This document shows, in pieces, positions 1 to 10,277 of a DNA stretch of 64,000 nucleotides. The DNA is taken from assembly GCA_031459915.1 (NCBI GenBank), contig JAVKHO010000003.1, positions 32,001 to 96,000 on the forward strand, given 5' to 3'. The DNA is from Candidatus Tepidifontimicrobium thermophilum. GTDB taxonomy: Bacteria > Sysuimicrobiota > Sysuimicrobiia > Sysuimicrobiales > Sysuimicrobiaceae. Made by a program: the position numbers and the translations under genes. The first letter of the stretch is position 1. Each line of letters starts with the position of its first letter. The notes beneath the pieces were generated by a model that was not told the origin of the DNA, ran no database searches, and saw only the letters and a program-made list of their open reading frames with translations.

Positions 1-1
1 C

Positions 2-1117
2 GACGTACTGTTCCCCGTGGCCATGGGGGGGACGGCAGCCATTCCCGGCCCCTTCGGGAGCGGGAAGACCGTGATGCAGCAGACCCTAGCCAAGTGGGCA
101 GACGCGGACGTGATCATCTACGTCGGCTGCGGGGAGCGCGGCAACGAGATGACCCACGTCCTGGACGAGTTCCCGGAGCTGGAGGACCCCCGCACGGGTC
201 GACCCCTGATGGAGCGGACCATCATCATCGCCAACACGAGCAACATGCCCGTGGCCGCCCGGGAGGCGAGCGTGTACACGGGGATCACCATGGCCGAGTA
301 CTGGCGGGACCAGGGGTACAAGGTCGCCCTGATGGCGGACTCCACCAGCCGGTGGGCGGAGGCCATGCGGGAGATCTCCAGCCGGTTGGAGGAGATGCCC
401 GCGGAGGAAGGTTACCCGCCCTACCTGTCCAGCCGCCTGGCGGCTTTCTACGAGCGGGCGGGCCGGGTGGTGTGCCTGGGCCGGCCGGAGCGGCGCGGCG
501 CCATCACCGTCATCGGGGCGGTCTCGCCTCCCGGCGGAGACCTTTCCGAGCCCGTCACCCAGGCGACCCTTCGGATCGTGGGCACCTTCTGGTCCCTGGA
601 CGCGGCGCTCGCGAACCGGCGCCACTTCCCTTCGATCCACTGGCTGCGGTCCTACAGCCTGTACACGCCCCTGTTCCGGGAGTGGTACCGGCAGAACCTG
701 CCGGAGGACTTCGAGGCGCTGCGGGAGCGGGCCTCCGCCCTGCTCCAGAAGGAGGCCGAGCTGCAGGAGATCGTGCAGCTGGTGGGGCCGGACGCCCTGC
801 AGGACGACCAGCGCCTGGTCATCGAGGCGGGCAAGATGCTCCGGGAGGACTTCCTCCAGCAGTCCGCCTTCTCCGAGGTGGACGCGTACTGCCCGCCCAT
901 CAAGTCGTACGGGATCCTGAAGGCGATCCTGAGCTTCTACGACGAGGCGAGTGCGGCGTTGCGGCGGGGCGTCCCCATGGACGACATCCTGAACCTGCCG
1001 CAGATCCAGGAGATCGCGCGGATGAAGGAGGTGCCCGCGGACCGGTTCCCCGCCTACACCGAAGAGTTCCTCCGCAGGATGGGGGAAGCGTTCCGGGAGC
1101 CCGCGGGCGCGCGCTGA
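2..1117 (+). CDS. ntpA: V/A-type ATP synthase subunit A (5' truncated by window edge)
   Basis: Walker [46 protein letters not shown] motifs. Confidence 0.97.
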   Translation, partial: DVLFPVAMGGTAAIPGPFGSGKTVMQQTLAKWADADVIIYVGCGERGNEMTHVLDEFPELEDPRTGRPLMERTIIIANTSNMPVAAREASVYTGITMAEYWRDQGYKVALMADSTSRWAEAMREISSRLEEMPAEEGYPPYLSSRLAAFYERAGRVVCLGRPERRGAITVIGAVSPPGGDLSEPVTQATLRIVGTFWSLDAALANRRHFPSIHWLRSYSLYTPLFREWYRQNLPEDFEALRERASALLQKEAELQEIVQLVGPDALQDDQRLVIEAGKMLREDFLQQSAFSEVDAYCPPIKSYGILKAILSFYDEASAALRRGVPMDDILNLPQIQEIARMKEVPADRFPAYTEEFLRRMGEAFREPAGAR

Positions 1118-1136
1118 GTCGAGGAGGCGAACGGCC

Positions 1137-2561
1137 ATGGAACTGGCGACCAAACGTTACCAGTCCATCTCGTACATCTCCGGCCCACTGCTGTTCGTGG
1201 AAGGGGCGCAGGACCTGGCGTACGGGGCCATCGTGAACATCCACCTGCCCGACGGCAGCGTCCGGGGCGGGCAGGTTATCGAGGTGTCCCGGCAGCACGC
1301 GGTCATCCAGGTGTTCGAGGAGACCACAGGCCTGGATGTGGCCCGGACCTCGGTGAGCCTGCGGGAGGACGTGGCCCGCTTCGGGGTGAGCCCGGAGATC
1401 ATCGGCCGGAGGTTCAACGGGCGCGGGGAGCCCATTGACGGGCTGCCGCCCATCATCCCGGAGAAGCGCCTGCCCATCATCGGGTCTCCCATCAACCCCG
1501 TGGCCCGACAGCGGCCCCAGGAGTTCATCCAGACGGGGATCAGCAGCATCGACGGCCTGAACACCCTGGTGCGGGGCCAGAAGCTACCCATCTTCTCGGG
1601 GGCGGGCCTGCCCCACAACGAGATCGCAGCGCAGATCGCCCGGCAGGCGAAGGTCCTGGGGGAGGCGGAGGAGTTCGCGGTGGTGTTCGCCGCCATGGGG
1701 ATCACCCAGCGGGAGGCGGCGTACTTCATCGAGCAGTTCGAGGCCACGGGGGCCCTGTCGCGCAGCGTGGTGTTCCTGAACCTGGCCGACGACCCTACCA
1801 TCGAGCGCCTCATGACCCCCCGGCTGGCGCTGACCACCGCGGAGTACATGGCCTTCGAGCTGGACAAGCAGGTCCTGGTGATCCTGACCGACATGACCAA
1901 CTATTGCGAGAGCCTCCGGGAGATCGGCGCCGCGCGGGAGGAGATCCCCGGGCGGCGCGGGTACCCCGGCTACATGTATACGGACCTCGCGACCATCTAC
2001 GAGCGGGCGGGTCGGATCCAGGGACGGAAGGGGTCGGTGACCCAGCTCCCGATCCTGACCATGCCCGACGACGACATCACCCACCCCATCCCCGACCTGA
2101 CGGGCTACATCACCGAGGGACAGATCGTGCTGAGCCGGGCCCTGCACCGGCAGGGGATCTACCCGCCCATCAACCCACTCCCGAGCCTGTCCCGGTTGAT
2201 GAACGACGGCATCGGCCCGGGCCGGACGCGGGAGGACCACGCGGGGCTGAAGGACCAGCTGTTCAGCGCGTACGCCAACGGGGTGGACCTCCGGCGGCTG
2301 GTGGCCATCATCGGGGAGGAGGCCCTGACGGAGCGGGACCGGCTGTACCTGCGCTTCGCGGAGGCCTTCGAACGGGAGTTCCTCAACCAGGGCAACACGG
2401 AGCGGAGCATCGAGGAGACCCTGAACCTGGGCTGGAAGCTCCTGTCGCTGCTCCCCAGGGCGGAGCTGAAGCGTGTGAAGCAGGACCACGTGGAGAAGTA
2501 CTACTTCGGCGAAGCCGTAGAGCAGCTGTGGGCGGAGGAGGAGCGCCTGTCCCGGCGCTAG
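1137..2561 (+). CDS. ntpB: V/A-type ATP synthase subunit B
   Basis: [53 protein letters not shown] upstream. Confidence 0.97.
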   Translation: MELATKRYQSISYISGPLLFVEGAQDLAYGAIVNIHLPDGSVRGGQVIEVSRQHAVIQVFEETTGLDVARTSVSLREDVARFGVSPEIIGRRFNGRGEPIDGLPPIIPEKRLPIIGSPINPVARQRPQEFIQTGISSIDGLNTLVRGQKLPIFSGAGLPHNEIAAQIARQAKVLGEAEEFAVVFAAMGITQREAAYFIEQFEATGALSRSVVFLNLADDPTIERLMTPRLALTTAEYMAFELDKQVLVILTDMTNYCESLREIGAAREEIPGRRGYPGYMYTDLATIYERAGRIQGRKGSVTQLPILTMPDDDITHPIPDLTGYITEGQIVLSRALHRQGIYPPINPLPSLSRLMNDGIGPGRTREDHAGLKDQLFSAYANGVDLRRLVAIIGEEALTERDRLYLRFAEAFEREFLNQGNTERSIEETLNLGWKLLSLLPRAELKRVKQDHVEKYYFGEAVEQLWAEEERLSRR

Positions 2562-2594
2562 GCGCGCCGGCGTAGAGCCAAGGGGGCCGTCGCC

Positions 2595-3230
2595 ATGCCG
2601 GAACTCGTCAGCCCCACCCGGATGAACCTCCTGCAGCGGAAGAACCAGCTGCGCGTGGCGCAGCAGGGGGTGGACCTGCTCAAGCGGAAGCGGGACGCCC
2701 TGGTGTCGGAGTTCTTCCAGGTGGTGCGTCAGGCCCTGGAGGCCCGGGAGCGGCTGAACACAGTCTCCGAGAAGGCCTACGTGATCCTGAGCCTGGCGAA
2801 GGCGGTGGACGGACGTCAGGCCCTGGAGGCCGCCGCCCTAACGGAACGGCGGCCCGTGATGGTGGACATAGAAATCCGCAACATCTGGGGCATCAAGGTG
2901 CCCGAGGTGCGCAGCCAGCGCGTCCGCCGGTCGTTCCTGGAGCGGGGCCTGAGCCCTACCGCCACCAGCGTGCGGACCCTCGAGAGCCAGGAGGCTTTCG
3001 AGGAGGTGCTGAACGCCATTCTAGAGGTGGCGAGCACCGAGCTGCGGCTGCGCAAGATCGGGGAGGAGATCAAGAAGACCACCCGTCGGGTGAACGCCCT
3101 CGAGCAGGTGGTGATCCCCAGGATCCGGGCGGAGATCCGGTACATCAACGACGTGCTGGAGCAGCGGGCCCGGGAGGATGTGTTCCGGCTCAAGAGGATC
3201 AAGAAGAAGCTGGAGGCACGCCAGGCCTGA
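2595..3230 (+). CDS. ntpD: V/A-type ATP synthase subunit D
   Basis: PTRMNL..., LLKRKRDAL, EIKKTTRRVNALE motifs; follows A and B. Confidence 0.95.
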   Translation: MPELVSPTRMNLLQRKNQLRVAQQGVDLLKRKRDALVSEFFQVVRQALEARERLNTVSEKAYVILSLAKAVDGRQALEAAALTERRPVMVDIEIRNIWGIKVPEVRSQRVRRSFLERGLSPTATSVRTLESQEAFEEVLNAILEVASTELRLRKIGEEIKKTTRRVNALEQVVIPRIRAEIRYINDVLEQRAREDVFRLKRIKKKLEARQA

Positions 3231-3260
3231 GGGCCCGGGCGCAGCCGCTATACTAGAGGC

Positions 3261-4031
3261 GTGCCGACCCGCAGCGAACCCAGGGGAGGACGCCCAGGGT
3301 GGCCTGAGGGCGTGCGGCGGACGCGGCTCCAGCTGGTCCTCACGGCAGCCCTCCTGGCCGCCGGGCTGCTGGTGACCTGGCAGCTCAAGGCGGAGCGGTC
3401 CATCCGCGCGAGCCTTCGGATCCCCTCCCAGCGGCTCGAGGAGCTGGCGTTCCTCCTCCAGGAGCAAAGCCGCCACAGGGAGCGCCTGGAGGACGAGATC
3501 GCCAGCTTGCGGGCGCAGCTGGCCCGTTACGAGGAAGCGGCCACCCGCAACCAGGGGGCGCAGCGGGAGCTGCGGCGCCGGCTAGAGGCGCTGAGGCTGG
3601 CTGCCGGGGTGGAGGCCCTGCGGGGCCCCGGCGTGGTGGTGGAGCTCCGGGACAGTCCCCAGCGCCTGCAGCCGGGCGACGACCCCAACCTGGTCCTGAT
3701 CCACTACACCGACGTCCAGGCCGTGGTGGCAACCCTTTGGGCAGCGGGGGCGGAGGCGGTAGCCATCAACGGCGAACGGGTGGTTTCCACCACGGGTCTG
3801 AGCTGTGTGGGGACCACGATCCTGTGTAACGCGAGGCGGCTGGCACCGCCCTACGTGATCGTGGCCCTGGGCGATCCTGAGGCCCTGCTCACAGCCCTGG
3901 AGGCCGAGGACAGCCCCCTGGCTACCCTGCGGGCGTTCCAGTTCCCCGTGCGGGTGACCCGGTCCACGGACCTGCGGGTACCCGCGTACCGGGGCGGCTT
4001 CCAGTTCCGGTTTGCGCGGGCGGACCGCTGA
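3261..4031 (+). CDS. DUF881 family (YlxW/YlxX-like) protein
   Basis: N-terminal TM, coiled coil, GPGVVVEL.D, LWAAGAEAVAINGER, PPYVIVALGDP. Confidence 0.85.
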   Translation: MPTRSEPRGGRPGWPEGVRRTRLQLVLTAALLAAGLLVTWQLKAERSIRASLRIPSQRLEELAFLLQEQSRHRERLEDEIASLRAQLARYEEAATRNQGAQRELRRRLEALRLAAGVEALRGPGVVVELRDSPQRLQPGDDPNLVLIHYTDVQAVVATLWAAGAEAVAINGERVVSTTGLSCVGTTILCNARRLAPPYVIVALGDPEALLTALEAEDSPLATLRAFQFPVRVTRSTDLRVPAYRGGFQFRFARADR

Positions 4032-4068
4032 GCCTGAGTTTCAGGGCGAACGGAGGGAGGGGTCGTGG

Positions 4069-4449
4069 ATGTGGCTTCCGTTAGGGGGGCTAGCGGCGGG
4101 GGTGCTGCTGGGCCTGCTGGTGGGCGTGGAGATCCCCCTGGGCTTAGTGAAGTACACCGCCATCGCGGTGCTGGCGGCTTTGGACACCCTCCTGGGAGGG
4201 CTGCGGGCGCAGCTCGAGGGACGGTTCGACCTGGTGGTGTTCACGAGCGGCTTTGTGGTGAACACCTCCTTCGCGGCCCTCCTGACCGCCATCGGAGACC
4301 TGCTCGGCGTGGACGTGTACCTGGGGGCGGTGATCGTGTTCAGCATGCGGATCTTCAACAACGTGAGCTTCATCCGCCGGGACCTCCTCCGGGGGTTCAC
4401 GCGGGAGCCCGTGACGGTGCGCGGTACCGGAGCATCCGAAGGGAGGTGA
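4069..4449 (+). CDS. sbp: Small basic protein Sbp (DUF1290)
   Basis: AVLAALDTLLGGLRA...F..VF.SGF..N...RIFNN motif; ATG 4069 after GGAGGG; adjacent to DUF881. Confidence 0.85.
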   Translation: MWLPLGGLAAGVLLGLLVGVEIPLGLVKYTAIAVLAALDTLLGGLRAQLEGRFDLVVFTSGFVVNTSFAALLTAIGDLLGVDVYLGAVIVFSMRIFNNVSFIRRDLLRGFTREPVTVRGTGASEGR

Positions 4450-4453
4450 AACC

Positions 4454-5467
4454 ATGACCGTGCGGGTGGGGATCAATGGGTTCGGCCGGATCGGCCGGCA
4501 GGTCCTGAGGGCCATGCTTCAGAGGTGCCCGGACACCCTAGAGGTGGTGGCGATCAACGACTTGGTGGACGCCCAGATGAACGCGTACCTGTTCAAGTAC
4601 GACACCAACTACGGCGTGTACCCGGGGACCGTGGAGGTCCGGGATGGGGAGATCGCCATCGATGGGCACCCCATCCGGGTGTTCGCGGAGCGCGACCCGG
4701 GGAGGATCCCGTGGCGGGAGGTGGGCGTGGAGCTCGTGGTGGAGTCCACCGGGCTGTTCACCGACGCCCAGAAGGCGCGGGCGCACCTGGACGCCGGCGC
4801 GAAGCGGGTGATCATCTCCGCCCCGGCCAAGAACGAGGACCTCACCGTCGTGCTGGGGGTGAACGAGGACCGCTACGACCCCGCCCGCCACCGGATCGTA
4901 TCCAACGCATCGTGCACCACCAACGGACTGGCGCCGGTGGCGCGGGTTCTGCACGAGGAGTTCGGCATCGAGAAGGGAATCCTCACCACGGTGCACGCGT
5001 ACACCAACTCCCAGCGGCTGCTGGATGTGGCCGCCAAGGACCCCCGGGACGCACGCGCTGCGGCCATGAACATCGTCCCGTCGGAAACGGGGGCTGCCCG
5101 GGCCGTCGGGCTGGTGATCCCCGAGCTCCAGGGGAAGTTCACGGGGATGGCCTTCCGGGTGCCCGTGTCCACGGTCTCCGTCATCGACTTCACTGTGCTC
5201 CTGCGGCGCCAGGTGACGCGGGAGGAGGTAAACGGCGCCGTCCGCCGGTGGGCGGAGGAACGGATCCCAGAAATCCTCGGCTACACAGAGGAACCCCTCG
5301 TGAGCAGCGACCTGAAGGGGGACTCCCGGTCGTCCATCTTCAGCGGTCTGGACACCCTGGTGGTGGGCGGCAACCTGGTGAAGGTGGTGTCCTGGTACGA
5401 CAACGAGTGGGGCTACGCCTGCCGCGTGGCGGACCTGGCTCGGTACATGGCGGAGCGCGGGGTGTAG
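4454..5467 (+). CDS. gap: Type I glyceraldehyde-3-phosphate dehydrogenase
   Basis: GINGFGRIGR, catalytic ASCTTN, WYDNEWGY. Confidence 0.98.
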   Translation: MTVRVGINGFGRIGRQVLRAMLQRCPDTLEVVAINDLVDAQMNAYLFKYDTNYGVYPGTVEVRDGEIAIDGHPIRVFAERDPGRIPWREVGVELVVESTGLFTDAQKARAHLDAGAKRVIISAPAKNEDLTVVLGVNEDRYDPARHRIVSNASCTTNGLAPVARVLHEEFGIEKGILTTVHAYTNSQRLLDVAAKDPRDARAAAMNIVPSETGAARAVGLVIPELQGKFTGMAFRVPVSTVSVIDFTVLLRRQVTREEVNGAVRRWAEERIPEILGYTEEPLVSSDLKGDSRSSIFSGLDTLVVGGNLVKVVSWYDNEWGYACRVADLARYMAERGV

Positions 5468-5513
5468 GGGCCGGGGCCGGGCCCCGGCCGCTGGCTGGCG
5501 GAGAGGCTGCGGG

Positions 5514-6698
5514 ATGGAGAAGCGGACGATCCGGGACGTGGACGTGGCGGGCCGGCGGGTGCTGGTCCGGGTGGACTTCAACGTTCCGCTGGACGAGCAG
5601 GGCCGGGTGACCGACGACCGGCGCATCCGGGAGTCGTTGCCCACCGTGCGGTACCTGCTCGACCGCGGCGCTGCGGTGATCCTGATGTCTCACCTGGGGC
5701 GTCCCGGCGGGCGCGTGGTAGAGAGCCTGCGGATGGTCCCCGTGGGCGAGCGGCTGGCGCAGTTGTTGGCCCGGCCCGTGCAGGTCCTGCCGGACTGCGT
5801 GGGCCCGGAGGTGGAGGCCGCGGTGGCCCGGATGCAGCCGGGGGACGTGGCGCTGCTGGAGAACCTGCGCTTCCACCCAGAGGAGGAGGCCAACGACCCC
5901 GACTTTGCCGGCCGTCTGGCCCGGCTGGCGGATCTGTACGTGAACGACGCGTTCGGCACCGCCCATCGGGCCCACGCCTCCACCGTGGCTGTGGCCCGGT
6001 ACCTGCCCGCGGTGGCGGGTCTCCTCATGGAGAAGGAGATCCGCTACCTCAGCCGCCTTCTGGAGAACCCCGACCACCCCTTCGTGGCGGTGCTGGGCGG
6101 TAAGAAGGTCTCCGACAAGATCGGGGTGCTCAGCAACCTGCTGGAACGCGTGGACGCAGTACTGGTGGGAGGTGGGATGGCCTACACCTTCCTGAGGGCC
6201 TCGGGTCACCGCGTGGGGCGTTCGGTGGTGGAGGAGGACAAGCTGGAGCTGGCGCGGGACCTGATGGCACGGGCGCGGGCGCGGGGGGTGGAGTTGGTGC
6301 TTCCGGAAGACGTGGTGGCGGCGGAGGGGCCCAGTGCCGAGGCGCCGAGGCGTGTGGTCCCGGCGGACGAGATCCCGGAGGGGTGGATGGGCCTGGACAT
6401 CGGGCCGGCCACGGCGCGGCGGTTCGCGCAGGTGGTCGAAGGCGCGCGGCTGGTGGTGTGGAACGGACCCATGGGGGTGTTCGAGCTGGAACCCTTCGCG
6501 GAGGGGACCCGGCGGGTGGCGGAAGCGGTGGCCCGGTGCCGCGGGACCACCGTGGTGGGCGGAGGGGATACCGCGGCGGCGGTGGATCAGTTCGGCCTGC
6601 TGGAACGCTTCGACCACGTGAGCACGGGCGGGGGCGCCACCCTGGAGTTCCTGGAAGGCAGGGAGCTGCCGGGGATTCAGGTCCTGCAGGACCGGTAA
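5514..6698 (+). CDS. pgk: Phosphoglycerate kinase
   Basis: RVDFNVP, SHLGRP, LLENLRF, NDAFGTAHRAH, STGGGA. Confidence 0.98.
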   Translation: MEKRTIRDVDVAGRRVLVRVDFNVPLDEQGRVTDDRRIRESLPTVRYLLDRGAAVILMSHLGRPGGRVVESLRMVPVGERLAQLLARPVQVLPDCVGPEVEAAVARMQPGDVALLENLRFHPEEEANDPDFAGRLARLADLYVNDAFGTAHRAHASTVAVARYLPAVAGLLMEKEIRYLSRLLENPDHPFVAVLGGKKVSDKIGVLSNLLERVDAVLVGGGMAYTFLRASGHRVGRSVVEEDKLELARDLMARARARGVELVLPEDVVAAEGPSAEAPRRVVPADEIPEGWMGLDIGPATARRFAQVVEGARLVVWNGPMGVFELEPFAEGTRRVAEAVARCRGTTVVGGGDTAAAVDQFGLLERFDHVSTGGGATLEFLEGRELPGIQVLQDR

Positions 6699-6701
6699 AC
6701 C

Positions 6702-7484
6702 GTGCGTACCCCCCTGGTGGCCGCCAACTGGAAGATGCACAAGACGCGGGCGGAGGCCGCGGCGTTCGTGGAGGTGGCCCTGCCGGGCCTGGCTGCCGCG
6801 GACGGCGTGGAGGTGGTGCTCTGCCCGCCGTACACGGCCCTGGAGACCGTGGGCCGCCTCCTGGCGGGGTCTGCGGTGCGGCTGGGCGCGCAGAACCTGC
6901 ACTGGGAGCGCCAGGGGGCGTTCACGGGGGAGGTGTCGCCCACCATGCTGGCGGACGTGGGTTGCACGTACGTCATTGTGGGGCACTCGGAGCGGCGGCG
7001 GCTGTTCGGCGAGACCGACGACCGCGTACGGCGCAAGGTGCGGGCGGCCTTCGACGCAGAGCTGGTGCCCATCCTGTGCGTGGGCGAGACCCTGGAGGAA
7101 CGACAGGCAGGCTTCACGGACTCCCGCGTCACCGACCAGCTGGCGGAGGCGACCGCGGACCTCTCCGCGGAGGAGGTGGCGCGTCTGGTAGTCGCCTACG
7201 AGCCCGTATGGGCCATCGGGACCGGGCACGCGGCCACGGGCGAGGAGGCGAACCGCGTGAGTGGGCTCATCCGTGCCTGGCTGCGGGGACGCTTCGGTGC
7301 CGCCGCGGACGCCACACGTGTCCAGTACGGCGGCAGCGTGACCACCCGGAACGCGGCGGAGTTCCTGGAGCAGCCCGAGGTGGACGGTGCCCTGGTGGGC
7401 GGGGCCAGCTTGGATCCGGAGGAGTTCGTGGGAATCGTCCAGCTGGCGGCCGGCGCCGGGAGGGCGCGGGGAGCTACTGGGTAG
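6702..7484 (+). CDS. tpiA: Triosephosphate isomerase
   Basis: NWKM, GHSERR, AYEPVWAIGTG, YGGSV, LVGGASL. Confidence 0.98.
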   Translation: MRTPLVAANWKMHKTRAEAAAFVEVALPGLAAADGVEVVLCPPYTALETVGRLLAGSAVRLGAQNLHWERQGAFTGEVSPTMLADVGCTYVIVGHSERRRLFGETDDRVRRKVRAAFDAELVPILCVGETLEERQAGFTDSRVTDQLAEATADLSAEEVARLVVAYEPVWAIGTGHAATGEEANRVSGLIRAWLRGRFGAAADATRVQYGGSVTTRNAAEFLEQPEVDGALVGGASLDPEEFVGIVQLAAGAGRARGATG

Positions 7485-7532
7485 CGATGCCCCCGGAGCC
7501 CTCCCGCGCCTGTCCTGGCGGTACCTGCGGGT

Positions 7533-7814
7533 GTGTTCGCACCGGCGTTTGCGTCCACGCTGATAGGGCACCGGTGGGTCGAACGAATGGTCGTCCAGCC
7601 ACGCCTGCACGGGTCCCCGGACGGTGTGACGGCCGGGGTCGTCGGTCCCATCGCAACCACCGCTGTGGCGCTGTTCCGTGTCGGCGTGGGCAGCTCGATG
7701 GCGGCCGCCACGTTCGGCCTCTCCTTGGTGGTGCTCTACGCCTGGAAGGCGAAGGCCGCGGCGGCCGCGGTCGTGCTGGGGGCGGGATTGCTGGGAATGG
7801 TGGGGCGGCCTTAG
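7533..7814 (+). pseudogene. Probable C-terminal remnant of a chromate efflux transporter (ChrA family)
   Basis: FAPAF..TLIGH..VE.....P.L....DGVTAGVVG.IA resembles the ChrA C-terminus; only about 90 aa, no clear SD, prolines inside predicted helices. Confidence 0.55.
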
Positions 7815-7895
7815 GGAACTGGCGAGCACGGCCGGTTGCAGGAACGAAGTCGCGTCGGTAGAATGGCCGCGGCACCCCACCGGGAGGAGACAGGC

Positions 7896-8114
7896 GTGGA
7901 CAAGGTCGTGTTGATCCTGCACTTCGTCCTCGCAGCGGCGGCAGTGGGCCTGGTGCTGCTGCAAGGGCCCAAGGGAGAGGGTCTCGGAGCCATCGGCGGG
8001 AGCGCCCGGCTGTTCCACGGGCCGAGGCCCCGCGAGACCTTCTTCACCCGGACCACCGCGGTGGTAGCCGTCCTGTTCGCGCTCACCAGCACCTACCTGG
8101 CGTTCGTGCGCTGA
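7896..8114 (+). CDS. secG: Preprotein translocase subunit SecG
   Basis: [17 protein letters not shown], two TMs, GGAGG SD before GTG 7896; classic tpiA-secG-tRNA-Leu context. Confidence 0.93.
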   Translation: MDKVVLILHFVLAAAAVGLVLLQGPKGEGLGAIGGSARLFHGPRPRETFFTRTTAVVAVLFALTSTYLAFVR

Positions 8115-8141
8115 CCTCTGGCCGCGGGTTCACGGCCGGGC

Positions 8142-8147
8142 TATAAT
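8142..8147 (+). promoter_or_regulatory. -10 box (TATAAT) for tRNA-Leu
   Basis: Consensus TATAAT about 30 nt upstream of the tRNA in a GC-rich background. Confidence 0.6.
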
Positions 8148-8176
8148 CGGGCTGGCCGGTCCCAGGCCGGCCACCT

Positions 8177-8261
8177 GCCCGGATGGCGGAACTGGCAGAC
8201 GCGCACGTTTGAGGGGCGTGTGGGGAAACCCGTGGGGGTTCGAATCCCCCTCCGGGCACCA
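8177..8261 (+). tRNA. tRNA-Leu(GAG)
   Basis: Acceptor GCCCGGA/TCCGGGC, anticodon arm CACGT-TTGAGGG-GCGTG, long variable arm, GGTTCGAATCC, encoded CCA. Confidence 0.97.
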
Positions 8262-8265
8262 GGTC

Positions 8266-9138
8266 TCAGTCCGTGTACGGAACTCCCAGGGCCTGTGGCT
8301 TCGCCAGTCCCCAGCGGGTCCGGAACCACGGGGTGCTGATGACGGTGAGGATGGCGATGGTCACGCCGAAGGGGACCGTCCGCCACACGTACCGGGAGAG
8401 CACGCCGGGCAGGACGTACTCGGGGCTCAGGGACAGCTGCCACATGGCGCCGAACAGTACCGATCCCCCCAAAAGAACCCACGGGTTCCACATGGAGAAG
8501 AACACCAGCGCCAGGCTCACGAACCCCCAACCCATGAGGAAGTTGTAGTTCCACACGGGGTTATAGGAGAGGGTGTACGCCGCGCCTGCCAGGCCCGCCA
8601 GGGTGCCGCCGAACACCACGCACAGGTACCGGATCCCGGCCACGTTCACGCCCGAGGCCGCCGCGGCGGCTGGGCTTTCGCCCACGGAGCGGATCGCAAG
8701 TCCCAACGACGTCCGGGAAAGCACGAACCAGACCGCGGCCACCAGCAGGGTTCCGCAGTACACGAAGGGGGACAGGCCCACAAGCGCGGGAAAGCGCGGC
8801 AGGCCCAGCGGGCCGGTGTGGGGGCTTCCCAAGTACGTGGTCAGGCCGAAGCTGAGGATCCATAGGCCCATACCGCTGACCACCTGGTCGCCCCGCAGGC
8901 GGATGGAGAACAGGCCGTGGATCCAGCCCAGCAGGCCGCCCACTGCGATCCCCGCGGCCAGTCCCGCCGGGTAGCTCCCGGTGGACTGGGCCACCAGGAA
9001 AGCGGCGGTCCCGCCGAACAGCATGAGTCCTTCCAGCCCGACGTTGAGGATCCCGGACCGCTGGTTCACGAGCTCGCCCAAAGCCGCCAGCAGGAACACC
9101 GTGGACGCCTCCAGGCTCCGGGCCAGCAGCTCGTTCAC
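8266..9138 (-). CDS. ABC transporter permease (nucleoside/BMP-type, NupC-like)
   Basis: [29 protein letters not shown]...G; GTG start overlapping the upstream stop. Confidence 0.9.
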   Translation of the reverse strand: MNELLARSLEASTVFLLAALGELVNQRSGILNVGLEGLMLFGGTAAFLVAQSTGSYPAGLAAGIAVGGLLGWIHGLFSIRLRGDQVVSGMGLWILSFGLTTYLGSPHTGPLGLPRFPALVGLSPFVYCGTLLVAAVWFVLSRTSLGLAIRSVGESPAAAAASGVNVAGIRYLCVVFGGTLAGLAGAAYTLSYNPVWNYNFLMGWGFVSLALVFFSMWNPWVLLGGSVLFGAMWQLSLSPEYVLPGVLSRYVWRTVPFGVTIAILTVISTPWFRTRWGLAKPQALGVPYTD

Positions 9139-10277
9139 CGGGCACCCTCCGGGCGGGGCGGCGCAGAGGTGGGGGCGGGCGCGGTACGCCGCCACACCAC
9201 CCGGTACCGGTCCACCAAGTGCGAGAACACGAAGGTGGTCATCAGCAGGCCCAGGATGGCGTAGTCCACGCCGAAGGGCAGGCGCAAAGCCCCCTGAGCG
9301 AAGCGCCCCCCCACGGACAGGCCGGCGAACAGCAACGCCATGGGGACCGCTCCCACGGCGCTCCCACGGGCGATGAGGGCGCAGATGATGCCGTAAAAGG
9401 ACAGGTCGCCGTAGTACCCGTAGTTGGTAGGGATCTTGTACAGGCCGGGCACAGCGGCGAAGTAATGGTAACCCGCCAGGCCCGAGAAGGCCCCGCCCAG
9501 CACGAACACCCACAGGGACACCCGGACGGGGTCGATCCCGGCATACCGGGCTGCCTGCGGGTTCAGGCCGAAGGTGCGGACGCGGTAGCCCGCGGCCGCC
9601 CGGGAGAAGACGAAGTCCACGACCACGGCCGCTGCCAGGCCGAGGAAGGCGCTGGGCGGCAGGCCCAGCGGGAGGGGGGGGCGGAAGGCCTCCGGCAGCG
9701 TGAAGCTTTCGCCCTCCGCGGTGGCGCTCATGAACGCACCGCCCTCCTTGATGAAGTCCGAAACCAGCCAGAACATCACGGAGTTGAGCATCATGGTCAC
9801 GAGAATCTCGTTCACCGCCAGCTTCGCCCGCAGCAGGCCCACCAGGGCGCCGAGGGAGGCGCCCGCCAGCGCTGCGGCCAAGGGCATGGACAGGAGCGCG
9901 ACGCCCCCGGCGGTGCCGGAGCCCAGCTCCCGGGCCCCCGCCCAGAAGGGCACCGCGAACGCCGCCAGCGCCCCCGCGTAAACCTGACCCGGCAGCCCAA
10001 TGTTCCACAGCCCGCCCCGCAGGGGGATCAGGAAGGCCAGGGTGCACAGCAGCAGGTAGACCGCCCGGTGCACGGTCGCGCCCAGGCCCGAGGGGTTGGC
10101 GAAGGCGTAGCCGAAGGCGATCCGGTAGGCGGTCCACGGGCCCGACTCTGGAGTCCAGAACAGCACGCTGGCCAACAGGAGCGCCAGAGCCACAGCCAGG
10201 AGGGCACCCAGAGCCACGCGGGGGGGCGAAGGGGCCTCCGCCCTTTCCACGGACAGGCGGTATGCGCCGATCCTCAA
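9135..10277 (-). CDS. ABC transporter permease (NupB-like)
   Basis: GLWNIG..GQ, VNEILVTMMLN, G.NP.AARYAGI; TTG start overlaps the upstream TGA (start approximate). Confidence 0.88.
   Translation of the reverse strand: MRIGAYRLSVERAEAPSPPRVALGALLAVALALLLASVLFWTPESGPWTAYRIAFGYAFANPSGLGATVHRAVYLLLCTLAFLIPLRGGLWNIGLPGQVYAGALAAFAVPFWAGARELGSGTAGGVALLSMPLAAALAGASLGALVGLLRAKLAVNEILVTMMLNSVMFWLVSDFIKEGGAFMSATAEGESFTLPEAFRPPLPLGLPPSAFLGLAAAVVVDFVFSRAAAGYRVRTFGLNPQAARYAGIDPVRVSLWVFVLGGAFSGLAGYHYFAAVPGLYKIPTNYGYYGDLSFYGIICALIARGSAVGAVPMALLFAGLSVGGRFAQGALRLPFGVDYAILGLLMTTFVFSHLVDRYRVVWRRTAPAPTSAPPRPEGAR

Noticed and set aside
7482..7814. Stop-codon readthrough fusing TpiA to the downstream in-frame membrane fragment
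   Set aside because: TpiA is already full length, a shared frame has a one-in-three chance, and no recoding signal is evident
5340..8018. Long antisense and alternate-frame ORFs (for example 892 aa at 5340-8018, 805 aa at 28074-30491, 679 aa at 44327-46366)
   Set aside because: Shadow ORFs expected at high GC; they overlap well-supported genes and have no recognisable motifs
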